This document shows, one piece after another, positions 38,601 through 51,985 of a stretch of DNA of 64,000 bases. Each line of letters opens with the position of its first letter. The first letter of the stretch is position 1. The position numbers were made by a program, and so were the translations under genes. The DNA comes from Camelus ferus (taxonomy: Eukaryota), in assembly GCF_009834535.1 (NCBI RefSeq), contig NC_045696.1:59460001-59524000 (forward strand). The letters are read 5' to 3'. Below the pieces are notes generated by a model. The model ran no database searches. It had not been told where the DNA came from and saw nothing but the letters and a program-made list of their open reading frames with translations.

Positions 38601-39259
38601 ACTGAGCCCCACCTCTGTTCTCTCGAAAACACACCAACAGTGGAGCCAAGCGTAGGCAGCAGATATGGTGTGGTTGCTTTGTGCCCCTCCCCACCATGCA
38701 CATCAGCAGTGGTGCTTTTTTATAGGCGTCCCAGACAGTTCTGTTCCACATACACTCCTAGCCAGAGCTCACACTGCCCTCCAGTCCCCTGAGGTTGTCT
38801 CTGTGCATTGGGCCCTAGCCCTCTGCCCAGGCTCCACACTGATCTCCAGTAGCAAATCCCAGCTCGTCCCTGCCGGGGACCGCAGGGACTCTCCATGTCA
38901 GTTTCCCTTAGTTCTGTCTCCCAAATGGTTGCCACTTTCTCCTTGGAGTCTCAGAAGCTCTGCTTCTGTCCCTGCTGACCTCCAGGCTGGAGAGGTGGCA
39001 TCCCAGCATGAGGGTGCCTTTCTTCCTGTGCCGCTCCCTCCCTGCAGGACTCCCTGCAGCAATTTTGTCTTTTTCTTTTTTCTTCTTTTTTTCTCTTACT
39101 GGATTTTGGGAGACTCTTCCTGTATTCTGAAGCAAGAGACACTCTACTGGAGTTCAGTAGGTGTTCTTTGTGATTCAGCGGGTTTGTAGATGTAATTCTT
39201 GGTGTCTTTGTGGGAGAAGGTGAGCTGTGAGTCTCTCTACTCCATCTTGGCAACCCCCC
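35680..39259 (-). mobile_element. Artiodactyl-type L1 with 5'UTR, degenerate ORF1 (~36801-37684), ORF2 C-terminus and 3'UTR; EN/RT region absent
   Basis: Minus strand starts ggggggttgccaagatgg. ORF1 coiled-coil peptide at 37407-37631. ORF2 C-terminal peptides at 36265-36594 and 35981-36175. Junction at ~36740. Confidence 0.88.
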
Positions 39260-40113
39260 ACCATGTTTTATTGTACTGAATTGGATAACATTCCTGTTTC
39301 TGAGATAGTCGCATTGGTCAGGAAATGCCATACACTTATTGGCTTAGATTTGATGTCCTGAGGAGGGATAACCCTTAAAGTGACCAGGCTCTCTTTTGGC
39401 AGAGGGGTACTGGTCAGCACCCCTTAAAGTGTGCGGGCCGCCTGGGAGAGAGGTAGATACCTGAAGGAGAACCAGGTGCAGAGCCAGGGGAGGAAAATGG
39501 CTCGGTGTCCACTGTGCCAGGAAGTATTTACCCTATCCTTAAAAGCCTCCTCTTCTGGTTCCTAATGCGTTACAGCAGAAACTTGGGAATTGTGAAGCTG
39601 TGGAATCACAAGAAAAGTTGATTCAGTTCAGAGTCAATTCAACAATGTGTGTAGTTGCGCAGCGTGAGTGGAGTAGGGGCATGTTAGGATACTCTGTTGC
39701 TTCTGACAAGGGTTTCTCTCTCCTGCTGGTGCACTAAAGAATAGATTAAGCCACCCCTCATCACCTATCCCTAAAGCACACATGGGGCCCTTTGATGCTT
39801 TATAGGAGATTTTAAAAGGAGAAGTAACTAGGGAGAGTGAACAGCTTGCTCCCCACTGCCCTTGGTTCTCTCACTCACCTTCTCTTTTCCCTTAGGCTCT
39901 GTAGAGAAACACAGAGGCTGACAGTGGGTCCTTATGCTAAGAAGGAGGGCTCTTCTGGGAAGTCAGGCTGTGGGCCACCCCCACCCTGGGCAGGATGACT
40001 GGCTCTCGCTGGGCATCAGCAATGGGGCTGTTTTTCTTCCAGTAGCTCTGAAAGATTCGCACTGTTGGACCCATAACCCTTCTGATTACTCTGTGCCTTC
40101 TTTCCCCCTCCAG

Positions 40114-40236
40114 ATGTTCGACTGGATAAGCCACAACAAGGAGTTATTCCTCCAGAGCCATACGGAGATTGGAGTCAGCTACCAGCATGCCCTAGACCTC
40201 CAGACACAGCACAATCACTTCGCCATGAACTCCATG
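40114..40236 (+). CDS. KALRN: Kalirin coding exon (123 nt, phase 0->0; spectrin repeat; probably exon 6)
   Basis: Acceptor ttctttccccctccAG at 40112-40113, donor ATG|GTGAGT at 40237. Translates MFDWISHNKELFLQSHTEIGVSYQHALDLQTQHNHFAMNSM. Confidence 0.97.
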
Positions 40237-40854
40237 GTGAGTGGAGGGTCTGTTCTCTGGGGGCAGGGGAATGCTGAGGGAAACAGGCTTGGGGTGGGGA
40301 GGGCAGAAACAGACTTCCAACCGGACTTAAGAATGAGAAACTCTGAACACACAACCGGTTTGGCATCCCATTCTTCCGAATGGGACTGTGTGCAGGATGC
40401 GTGGCCAGCTGGCTGTCTCTACAGCAGTTTGTGGCCCCATTTCTGCCTCCACACCCCGCTTTGCCTGGGAAAGGAGTGTTCTGGGGTTGTAGAAGCCATT
40501 AGCTCCGTGCAAGACTAGAAGAAAGAGCACCAATTCCACTCCACTGACTTACCCAACTAGCATGTGTGAGTCACTGAGCTGGGACAGAGAGGGTCCTCAG
40601 TCTGTGGCACATTGGAAACAGTTCTGTGAACTGGGCTTCTTCACTAGAGAAGAGGAGCCTTACAGGACACACGGTTGCTGCCTTCCGCAATGCAAAGGGC
40701 TGCCTCAGAGAGAAGAGGGTAGTGTTGCTTGTGTTGGTCTGGGAGGCATAAATGTCCAGGGGATGGCTTGGGAGGTGGGCCGTACTGGAAGCCAGTGAGC
40801 TCCTGTGATGGGGAGGGTCCAGGCAGGTGCTGAGTTAAGAGAGGGCTATCTGCT

Positions 40855-41030
40855 ATCTGGGTGGCCATGGGAAACTTACTTCTCTGTGCTCCAATTTCTT
40901 TATCTGTAAAGTGGAAATAATAATAGCTACTCTATAGGGTTGTTGTGAGATTCAATGTGTTAATTGTAAGGCTGTTGGAGATGTGCATGGTCCATTGTCC
41001 ATTATCAGTAAATATTGGTGTTGTGATAGT
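40855..41030 (+). mobile_element. MIR SINE
   Basis: ctctgtgctccaatttctttatctgtaaagtggaaataataatagc...gggttgttgtgagattcaatg. Confidence 0.75.
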
Positions 41031-41529
41031 GATGATGGTGGTGATACAGGAGTGTACTCCAGGTAACACCTTGATCCCTCATAAAACTATCACTTTGGGA
41101 TACTGTTTTTCCCTTGTGGGCACCCCAGGACTTAGCAATCTTGTCAGGCCCTGGATCCCATTATATTTGAAATGCCTGCAGCCAAAGTATGCCTTGACGT
41201 CTCTCTCCCCTCTGCCAGCTCTTCCTGCTTGTACTACTGGTCCAAAAGAATATTTCCACCACTCCCCACATATCTGAACACCAAAGACCTCTTATCATTT
41301 CAGCTGGTGATGTTGGGAGGGGGCTGGTGTTAAGAAAACATAAACACAGAGGATCACAGAGGCCAGGAAGGAAGACAATTTCATTTTCTACCAAGTTGTT
41401 TTAACTGTGTTAATACACTGGACTTAATGTACTGAAGAAGAAATAATTTTGGCCTTCAGTTTTTAGTGTGTAGTTGGGGAGATAACTCAGACCATGATGG
41501 TGCAGCTTGATATGTGCAGTGACAGAGAA

Positions 41530-41858
41530 TTGGTGCGTGAACTAAGAACCTTACAATCTCAGTAGTTTTAAACAATAGGGGTTTATTTCTTGCTCCTACC
41601 ACGTGCCCATCACTGGCTGGTGGTGGGCTCTGCTCATCCCAGTCACTCAGGGACCCAGATGCTGCAGTGCGTCACTAGACAAGCATTTAGCCAAGCTCAC
41701 GCCAGCTCTGAAACCTTCCACTTAGAAGTGACACATTTCATTACCCAACACCAGTCACACAGTCACATCTAACTTCATGGGTGGAGGTATATGGTCCTAC
41801 CTCCACATACCGGAGAGGAGAGAGTGGATATTTGTGAGCAGCCCTAGTGATGAGCACA
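41530..41858. mobile_element. MLT1 (MaLR) LTR
   Basis: caatctcagtagttttaaacaataggggtttatttcttgctc...gtcactcagggacccag...gaagtgacaca...ggatatttgtgagcagccctagtgatgagcaca. Confidence 0.7.
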
Positions 41859-43113
41859 GGGAGCCACTGCAGGATATGAGGTAGAGATGAACGTCATGAG
41901 ATTTGCATGGAAAGGTACCTCTAGCTGCAGAGTAGAGGGTTATGGGACAGGCAGAGAAAACATCAATGTTGGCTGTGTTATCAATTTTGGCTGCGACTCA
42001 CAGCCTGTGTCTTCATCTGAATGTAAAGACTCATTCCCTTCCAACCAGTCTTCTATAATTAGCTCTCATCCTGGCTCCCTTTAGTCACAGAGGAGCAAAG
42101 CAATTGATCACAGGTGATTAAGAACGTGAAGTCAAATCTAGTCAGGTTTGATTAGCTGTGTGCCTTGTGGATTTCCCCTAGTGAATTTTACAAATTCTGT
42201 GCCAGAACCTTCATGTCACCCAACTGCCTAGCCCTAAGTCAGACAAACTCATTTTGTTAAGAAGCAAAGACAAACATAATTAGGGAGGTAAGTCTGCCAC
42301 CAAGCCCCTCAAAACAATGAACTACAAAGTTAAATCGAAAGAGCCTTTGGCTTTGAATTAACTGCACCACTGCTCTTCTCTGTTAATATGGATAACTGAG
42401 AGTTAATGACACATCAAAAACCTTTCCTCTGACACATTTACTTTTGAAGTCTCCATTTTCAGGACAAAAAAAGAAAATGAGCGAAGAAATTTATTGAAGG
42501 GAAGCATCTTCTGGAGCTGGGAGAGAGGGAGGAAGAGATTTAACATCCAACAGCCAATTAGCATGTTCCAGCCCATCTTGTAGTCTCCCACTGCTCTGAG
42601 TGCCTGCAGCACTCGGAGGCCTGTTGAGCCTGATTAGGCTGGATCTCCTCTCTGGCTGCAGGCAGGGGAAGGGAAATCCCTGGGTTGTTCAGTCACATTG
42701 TCCAAACTGGTGCTTTATAAAGGTGGCCCGTGCCTTTGTTAACTGGGAGGTTTGCAAGTTTGTTATTAAAAGGAACTTCCACAAAGAGAGATGTCAGCAT
42801 CCCAAACAGATGAAAGGAGGGAATTATAGACTCCTGTTCTCTGGCCTGAGTGATGGATGTTGCTGCCAAGAAACAGATGAATGAAGCAGCTACTGCTGGA
42901 GCCCAGTGACTGTAGGATGATCAGTTACTCAGGGGAAGTGAGAATGCGGATTGTTCTGTGAATTCACTGAGGCATTTCCTTTTGGGTTCTTGGAAATTAC
43001 ACACACCCATACATACGCCCACACGTGTGTCCACGAAAAGGTACATTTAGCATCTTTTGTTTCAGGCTACAGGTGAGTTCTTTGCTATTGAATCGTGTTT
43101 TACTGAAATAGGC

Positions 43114-43281
43114 CAGTGATTCCTTATCTTTCAGGGAGGTCACAGACGCCTTTGAAATCTAATTAAAGTTTTGGGTCCTTTCTCCAGAGAAATGTACATG
43201 GACAACTTTTTAAAGATAATTTCAGGGAATTCAAGAGAATCCTAAAGCCTATCAATCAACCTCCCCAATTTAAGAGACCAA
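43114..43281. mobile_element. Charlie4z-like hAT MITE
   Basis: cagtgattccttatcttt...ggtcacagacgcctttgaaatct...ccagagaaatgtaca...tttcagggaattca...tttaagagacc. Confidence 0.6.
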
Positions 43282-44984
43282 TAACCTCATGACTTCTTTA
43301 TTCAGTCATTCCACAAATAATTAAGGATCAGACCATTGTGTTGGATGTTGGACCTAGTAGTGAACAAGAGAGCCAGTGTCCCACGGAGGTTGCAGTGGAG
43401 AGACAGATGTTAGTATATATGGCTATAAACCAACGAGTCTTATGTTGGGAGAATAAGGGATGCTCTGATAGATTATAATGAAAAGGGATCAATTTAAATG
43501 AGGGGAAGTCAGGTGCATTTTCCAGTCAATAATCACTATTGACTTAATGTTCATTGTTCATTCATTGTTAGTAATTAATGGTCTGTGAATTAAATTCTGT
43601 AATATACCAAACAAATTATAATTTAAAGAAGCCCTAGGTACATTGTTTTGTAAACGAAAAGCTTCTAGGTATAATTTATCTGGTTTTCAAGTTTTATTTT
43701 TGTGTTGCTAGTTTAATATGCCTGTAAAGACCTGGCTCCAACTGAGGTTACCATTACTGAGAAGTCATTGCATATCATTAAGTCCTGGAAGAAAAATCAG
43801 AAATTTTCTATATGTTATCTATGATTTGTACCAATAAAGGCTATCAGTTATTAACATGCCATGGGTGTGGGAGGAATGCCCCACTGAGTATGGTACATGA
43901 ACAACTCTGAAAGAAAAAGGTTAAAATTGGTTGATCTTTAGCTTTTTGTCGTAACATGTTTTTTATACTTCTCACTGGAGAATCCTATTCTTTTGATCCT
44001 CAAAATAGTAATAGTAGTAATGATGATGATAATAATAATAATCATATCCACCTACTAAACACAGTAGTAAAATATTATCTGGCGGCTTATAGTGTCTCAG
44101 AAAGCTGTCCTTCCCAAGCAGTCGGGAGCTCTCTTGTTTCTTAACTCTGCCTTCTGTTGTGGAAGCCTTTTTCAAATTCTCCTTCCCCTGAGTGCGGCCT
44201 TCTCCTCTGTTGGGAGTGTGGGCAGATGGAAGGAGAGTCAGGCTGTAATCTGCAACAGAACAATCATGCAGCCACCTATGCTCTAGTCCTTCAAGAAAAA
44301 GACACTCACAGGAGTGCATACACATACAATGCAGCTTTATTTGCAGTTTTAATTAACTGCTTCTTTGGGGAAAAAAATAGACCGCTAATGGTTTCTGTCT
44401 AGAGTTTTAAAATATGAAATGATATTCGTTTTCTATTATTACAACTCTGAGGACTCACATTAGTGATAGCCATGTGCAGCTGGGCAGCAGGAAGCCCTTC
44501 AGCCATGGCGTGTTGCTAGCTGCCTTAATCCTGTTCATTTGCTCCCCAGAGGCACATACTGCCACTTGATGGTGTGCAAATCAGACCAATTGCAGCAAAG
44601 CCTGTGGTGCTCTCTCTTTGTTTTGAGGGAAAGTTACAAATAGTAGCACCAAGGAAAAAAATTACATCTGGTGCAAGAGAAATAGAGATTCTGAGCAGGT
44701 TTCCTGATCCCAGTTTGAGAAACCTTACTCTGGGGTGCTCTGTCATCTTGGCAGCCCTAAACTATGATTCTGCAAGCACTGCCCCATGCCCAAACAGGCA
44801 GCATTTCCTATAATACAGTGTTTCTAGATTTTGGTGAGAACACATGCTATTGTGATCTTTAATAGCCAGGATTTGACCCTGCCATAGCTGCAAAGCTTCT
44901 TAGTAGACATAGAAGCTGTGGGAAAAGAGAAGTGATCAGTTTGAGCTGGTATGTGTTAGTCTTTTTAGTACAATTCTTTTTCCA

Positions 44985-45145
44985 AAGAATCATGTAGTGG
45001 ACTTACTAAGAATGCAGATTTCTTTTTGGCTTTCTCCCCAGTCCTAGCAAATCATAATCTCTGGGGGATGGCACCCCAGGAACCTCTATTTTTAACAAGA
45101 TTCACGGGTGATTTACATGCATATTAAAGTTAGAGAACTGCTGTT
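44985..45145. mobile_element. MER5A-like MITE
   Basis: aagaatgcagattt...aggaacctctatttttaacaag...ggtgattt...aaagttagagaactgctg. Confidence 0.65.
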
Positions 45146-45212
45146 CTATAGAGATGTATATGTATAAAATAGTCATGCCCGAAAATAAAGCATTGCAAGT
45201 TCTGAAAGATAG

Positions 45213-48200
45213 TCCACTTCCAGCATGACAGCATGAGGAGCTATGCAGACCCACTCTCCAGAGAAACTGGTGAATGTTATTTTAAAACAACAACCATTTA
45301 AATTCTCTAGAAATGGTCTTAAGTGCATACAGCAAATGATGAAACATTTATTCAAGAAAATTTACTAAAATTTGATTAGAACAATGATTCTGTGGTATTT
45401 GAGCCAAGACCCACTTTCTACCTCTCTCCTCCCCACTACCAGCTCGATGAGATGGAAACTCTACTCCAGACTGGTGCAACCAAGAACACAGGGTCCTCTT
45501 CCCCCTCAGCTCCCAGTTGAAGGACCACCTTCCCAGATAGGGCAGTTCCTATCCTGTTACAAACTACTTGTTACTGAAGTTAAGTTCTAGGTGAGTGTGG
45601 CCAAGGGGTGAGGATTCCTTCTTCTGCCTCGTCCCCACTCATGGAGCAGAGGCTATACAATGGGTGCAGCATTGCAGAGAATTCCCAGGTCCCAAATGCT
45701 GTTGCTCCAGCTTATAAGGCAGAGGTTTTATGCCAAGAAGACTTGAGACTACTCACCCACCTCCACTGAGTCTTTGGCTTCTCAACTGGAGGTGTCACTC
45801 AGGGGAGCCCCAGCTCCAGAGTCATGGCTCAGAGATTTTGTCTGGGAGTGGAATCAAACTATAAAACAGAGAGCTGCAAATCTTTTCCCAAAGCAACTGA
45901 CTTTATTTGTAACACAGAGTAGAGAATTTCAAGCTAATAGCACTCTCAAAAATTCCCTTACGGAGGTTCTGGTGAGAGGTAACTGGGAGAAGATTGGTAA
46001 AGTTATTGAAGATATAGGATAAATGGTAGGTGGGCTAATTTGCCAGAGAGAACTGGAGAAAGAGACCTTCTGAGGCCAGAACAAATCTCAAGTACTGACC
46101 TTAGGATTATTCCTTCAAAGGAGCTTGGATTTATTGATTAGGTCTGTGGAGCAATTTATGCCCCAAGGCATTGCTGAAAGCAAAAGAATAATGAGCTGGC
46201 AATCAGTGAAATTTAACAGCAGGGTATGGTCAAGGAAGGAAGTTATCTAGTGAGGACTGTGGAGACCACTGCCATCCCAGAGTGAATGTGGGCATACCCA
46301 AGGCTGCACCCTCTAAGGAGCAACATCAGAGGTTTTCCATTGTGGGGACTGAAGTAGAAATAGACTTTACTAAAATAGTCCAGTTAGTCACTAGACAAAT
46401 AAGCAGGCAAATAACAATAACAAGCCTCAGAAATAGGGGACCAGTACCCAGAGTTGCTACAATATATTATCTAAAATGTCCAGGTTCCATCAAGAAATTA
46501 CAAGCTATGCAAAGAAACAAAAATGTATGATCTGGGTGAAAAACAAATGGATAAAAAGCACACACTGGAAAAAGCAAGCAGCATAAAATCCCTGTAAGAG
46601 CAACCAATGTCAGATTTAACAAAGATTTCAAAATATCCATTATAAATATGTTTTAACAAAACACAAAAGCTAAGGGAAACCACAATTGAAGAAGTAAAGG
46701 AAGGTATGATGACAGTGTCTCATCCAATGGAGAATATCAATAAAGGAATAGAAATTATTAAAAAAAAGTTGAAATTCTGGAGTTGGAAAACACTGTCACT
46801 GAAATGAAAACTTTACTAGAGGAGGTCAATAGTAAGTGAATTGGCAGAGGAAAGAATTAGCAACCTTGAAGACAGAGCAGTAGAAGTTACACAATCTGAA
46901 GAACAGAAAAAAACAAATAATGAGAAAAGATGAACAGAGCCTCAGAAAAATGTGGGGCATCATTAAATGTACCATCATCTGCATAATGGGAGTACTAGAA
47001 GGAGAGAATAGAAAGGAACAGAAAACATATTTTTTAAATTGTGATTGAAATCTTCCTAAATATGTTGAAAAATATTCATTTACACAGCCAGGAAGCTCAA
47101 GGAACTCAAAGTTGGATAAAGGAAAGAGATCTACAAACAGATTCATTGTAGTGAAAATACCAAAAGCTTAAAACAGGGAGAAAATCTTGAAAGCAAGGGA
47201 AAAATGATTTGTCACAAAGGAATTTTAATAAGAATAATAGCTGATTTCTTATCAGATACAGTGGAGTTCAGAAGGAAATGAAATAACATATTCAATGTGC
47301 TCAAAGGGAAAAACTGTCAACCAAGAAGCCTATATCCAGCAAAGCTATCCTTCAAGAATGAAAGTGAAATAAAGATATTTCCAGATAAACAAATACTGAG
47401 GAAGTGTGTTGCTAGCACACACACCTTATGAGAAATAATAAAGGAAGTTCTTTAGGATGAAAGCAAGTGACCCCAGACATCACTCTGAATTCATAAAAAG
47501 AGGCAAAGAGCACCATTAAAGGTAATTATGTTATTATAAAGGAAAATATAAGTGCAAATTTCCTCTTATTTAAACATCCATTTTATAAAATAATATGTAT
47601 ATAATGTATTATTGAGCCTATAACATATAGAAATTTAACATATTTTTCAGCAGCAGCACAAAAGAAGTGGGTCAGAGCAAAAGTGTGTTGGGCTAAGGAA
47701 ATTACTCTGGGTGATAACTTGAACGCACAGGAACAAAAGAAAAGATCCAGAAATGATAAATAAGGAGGTTAATATAACAAGAGCTATAAACTTATGCTTT
47801 GCTTTCTTGTCTCAGCTTCTTTAAAATACACAAAATTATAAAAAGTGATCATCATAACAATCTAATGTTGGGTTTATAGATTTATAGATGTAATATATAT
47901 AACAATAAATCACAAAAAGTGGGGTAAGATAATGAAGGTATACAGGAGTAACATTTTTTCATCTCACTGGAATTCAATTGGTATACATCTGAAGGTGATT
48001 CTGATAAGTTAAAATGTTCATGATAAGCCCTAGAGCAGCAGCTAAGAAAATAACTAAAAAATACATAGTGAAAAAATTAGTAAAGATATAAAAATGCTAC
48101 ATTATATTCACTTAATACCAAAGAAAACAGTATAAAAGGAATAGAAGTGTAAGGAAATACATATGACAGAAAAAAGTAAAATGGCAGACATAAATCCGAT

Positions 48201-51200
48201 TATATCAATAATAACATTAAATATGAAAGGATTAAACAATCTAATCAAAGGTAGAGATTGTCAGACTAGATTTAAAAAAAAAAACAAGCTCCAACTATAT
48301 ATTGTCTACAGGAGCAACACTTTAGATTCAAAGCTTATAGTAGATTAGAAATAAAAGGATGGAAAATTTTGAAAATAGTGATCATAAACAAGCCCAGAGT
48401 GGTTATACTAATAATAGACTTTTAAATAGACTTTAAAACAAAAACATTTTATTGGAGAAAAAAGGGGAACATTTTGTAATGATAAAAGAATTATTCCATC
48501 AGGAAGATATGACAATTATAAACATATATGTACCTAACAACAGAGCACCAAAATTCATGAAGTAAAAACTGACAGAAATGATGGGAGAAATACCATTCAA
48601 CAATAATAGTTAGAGGCTTCAATGCCCCACTTTAAATAATGGATAAAACAGCTAAGCAGAAGGTCAATAAGAAAACAGAAGACTTATATTAGGAAATAGA
48701 AGATTATAAACCAAATCAACCCAACAGACATCTATAGAACACTCCACCCAGCAACAGAAAACCAGACATTCTTCTCAAGGGCACATATAACATTGTCCAG
48801 AATAGATCATATATTAGCCATAAAACAAACCTCAGTAAATAAAAAGGCTAAAAATAATATAAAGAAAGTATGTTCTCTGACCACAATGTAATGAAATAAG
48901 AAATCAACAGGAGGAAATTTGGGAAGTTTACAAATATAGGAAAATTAAATAACACTCCTAAATATACAGTAGAGGAAAGAAGAAATAAAAAGAGAAATTA
49001 GAATATACTTTGAGATGAATGAAAATGAAGACATAGCATATCAAAACTTTTGGGCTGCAGCTAAAGCAATACTTAGAAATTTTTAGCTGTAAATACCTGT
49101 ATTAAAAAAAGAAAAAAATCCCCCAAGTTAATAACTTAATCTTCTACCTTAAAGCACTGAAAAAATAAGAGCAAACTAAACTTAAAACAAGCACACGGAA
49201 GGAAATAATAAAGATCAGAATGGAAATTAACGAAATAAAGTACAGAAAAACAGTAGAGAAAAATTAGTGGAACCAAAAGCTGATTCTTTGAAAAGACTGA
49301 CAAACTTTTAGCTAGAATGATTAAGAAAAAAAATTACTAGAATCAGAAATGGAAGAGAGGCCATTACTACCTACCTTACAGAAATAAAAAAGATTATAAT
49401 GAATACTATAGATAATTGTATACCAATAAATTAGATAACTTAGGTGAAATGGACAAAAGCCCAGCCCAGATGGCTTCACCAGTGAATTCTATAAAGTGTT
49501 TAAGGAATTAATACTAGTTTTTCAGAAGCTTTTCCAAAAAAACAGAAAAGGAGAGAACACTCCCAACTCATTCTATGAGGCGAATATTACTCTGATAAGA
49601 AAATCTGAACAGAAACATCACACAAGTAAATAAAGCTACTGATCACTATTGCTTATGATATGGATGCAAAAATTTCCAACAAAATGCTAGCAACAAACCA
49701 AATCTAGCAACGTATAGAAAGGGTTATATATCACATCCAATTAGGAATTATCCTAGAATTGTGAGGTTGCTTGGTAAAATAAAAAACAAAAACCACATGA
49801 TTATCACAAAAGATCCAGAAAACTATCTGACAAAATCCAATATCCTTTTATAATAAAAGCATTCAACAAATTAGAAACAGTAGAGAACTTTCTCAATCTG
49901 ATTAAAGGCACCTATCAGAAGGGCACCTGTCAGCCGTGGGGAAAAACCCACAGCTAACACCATGCTTCACTGTGAAAGACAAGATACTTTCTTCTTAAGA
50001 TCAGGAACAAGACAAGGATGTTTACTCTTGCCACTTCTAATTAATGTTGAAGGTTCTAGCCAGGGCAGTTTTTCAGGAAAAAGAAAAGGCACTCAGATTA
50101 GAAAGGAAGAAGTAAAACTACCTCTATTCTCAGATGTCATGGAATTGTCTATGGAAAATCCTAAGGCATTTACTATGAAACTATTAGAGCTAATAAATGA
50201 GTTCAGCTATTAGAGATAATAAATGAGTTCAGCAAGGTTCAGGATAAATAATCAATATATAAAAATCAATTGTATTTCTACACACTTACTATGAACTATC
50301 TGAAAATGAAATTAAGAAAACCACTCCATTTATAATAACGTCATAAAGAATAAAATACTTGAGAAAAATTTAACAAAAGAAGTGTAAAACTTGTACTCTG
50401 AAAATGTTGTTGAAAGAAATTAAAGATCTAAATAAAGGGGAAAACATCTCATATTCATGGAGTAGAAGACTTAAATATTGTTAAGATGGCAGTGCTCCCC
50501 CAAATCGATTTACAGATTCAGCACATGTCTCTCAGAATCCTGCCTGGCTTCTTTGTATAAGCTGGCAAGCAGAATTCTAAAATTCATTTGGAATTGCAAG
50601 GGACCCAGAATAACCAAAATAATCTTTAAAAAGAACAGAGTTGGAGGACTCATATTTCCTGACCTCAAAACTTACCGCAAAGCAACAGTGAGTAAGACAG
50701 TGTGGTACTGGCATAAGTATAGACATAAAGATCAATGGAAGAGAATTGATAGTCCATAAATAAACCCATATGTCTGTGGTCAACTGATTTTTGACAAGGA
50801 CACCATGACCATTCAATGTGGAAAGAACTGTCTTTTCAACAAATAGCACTGGGGCAACTGGATATCCACATGCAAAAGAATGAAGTTGGATCCTAACCTC
50901 ATACTGAAATTAAAATAAAAAATGAATAAATTAGACTTCATCAAAATTTTAAAAATTTGTGCTTTAAAATGTATAATCTAGAAAGTGAAAAGGCAACCCA
51001 AAGAATGGGAGAAAATACTGGCAAATCATTTATCTGATAGGAGACTTGTATCTAGGACCAAGAATATGTAAAGGAGAATAAAGAACGCTCAGAGCTCAAT
51101 AACAAAAATACAAATAACCCAACTGAAAAATAGACAAAAAATCTGAATAGACATTTCTCCAAAGAAGATAATATAAATGGTCAATAAGTGCATGGAAAGA

Positions 51201-51985
51201 TGCTTGGAAGTACATGAAAAGATGTTAGTCGTGAGGGACATTCAAATCAAAGCCACAATTAGCTACCTTTTCACATCCATTAGAATGGCTGTAATCAAAA
51301 AGTCAGATAATAACAAATCTTGGTGAGGATCTCGAGAAATCAGAACCCTCATACACTGCTTGAGGCAGTGTAACATGGCGTGGCCACTTTGGAATACAGT
51401 CTGGCAGTTCCTCAGACGGTTAAACATTGAGTTACCCTGTGACCCAGTTATTCAACTCCTATGTATATACTCAAGAGAAATGAAAACATATGTCCATACA
51501 GAATGTGTATACATTGTACACAAATGTTTATAGAAACATTAATAATAGCCAAAAGATGGAAATAACCCAAACGTCCATCAACTGATGAACAGCTGAACAG
51601 AATGTGGTATATACATGCAATAGGATATTATTTGGCCACAAAAAAGGAATGAAGTGCTGATACATGCTAGAACATGGACAAACCTTGAAAACCACTTTAC
51701 AAAGTGAAAGAATCCAGTCATCAAAGACTACATGTTTATATGATTCCATTTATATGAAAAGTCTAGAATAGGCAAACTTACAGAGCCAGAAAGTGGTAGG
51801 CCTGGGATGGCTGGGAGATAGAGGAATAATAGGAAAGGAAAGGGAACAGGATTTCTTTGGATGATAAAATGTAAAAATGTGATGTTGGTTGTACATATCT
51901 GTATACTAAATACTATTATGCCTAAAATCATTGAGTTGTATATATTAAATTTAAATGTGAATTATATCTCAATAAAACTGTTAAG
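45213..51985 (+). mobile_element. Near full-length ancient L1 (L1MB-like), heavily mutated
   Basis: Continuous A-rich L1: 5'UTR, ORF1-like ~46500-47470, ORF2 fragments (48163: ISIITLNMKGLNNLIK, EN start; 49962: LRSGTRQGCLLLPLL, RT; 50478: FIWNCKGPRI...GGLIFPDLKTYRKATVSKTVWYW), and a 3'UTR ending tatctcAATAAA at 51971-51976. Confidence 0.9.

Noticed and set aside
37700..39250. Cluster of overlapping ORFs up to 174 aa
   Set aside because: They lie in the GC-richer L1 5'UTR and look like chance ORFs.
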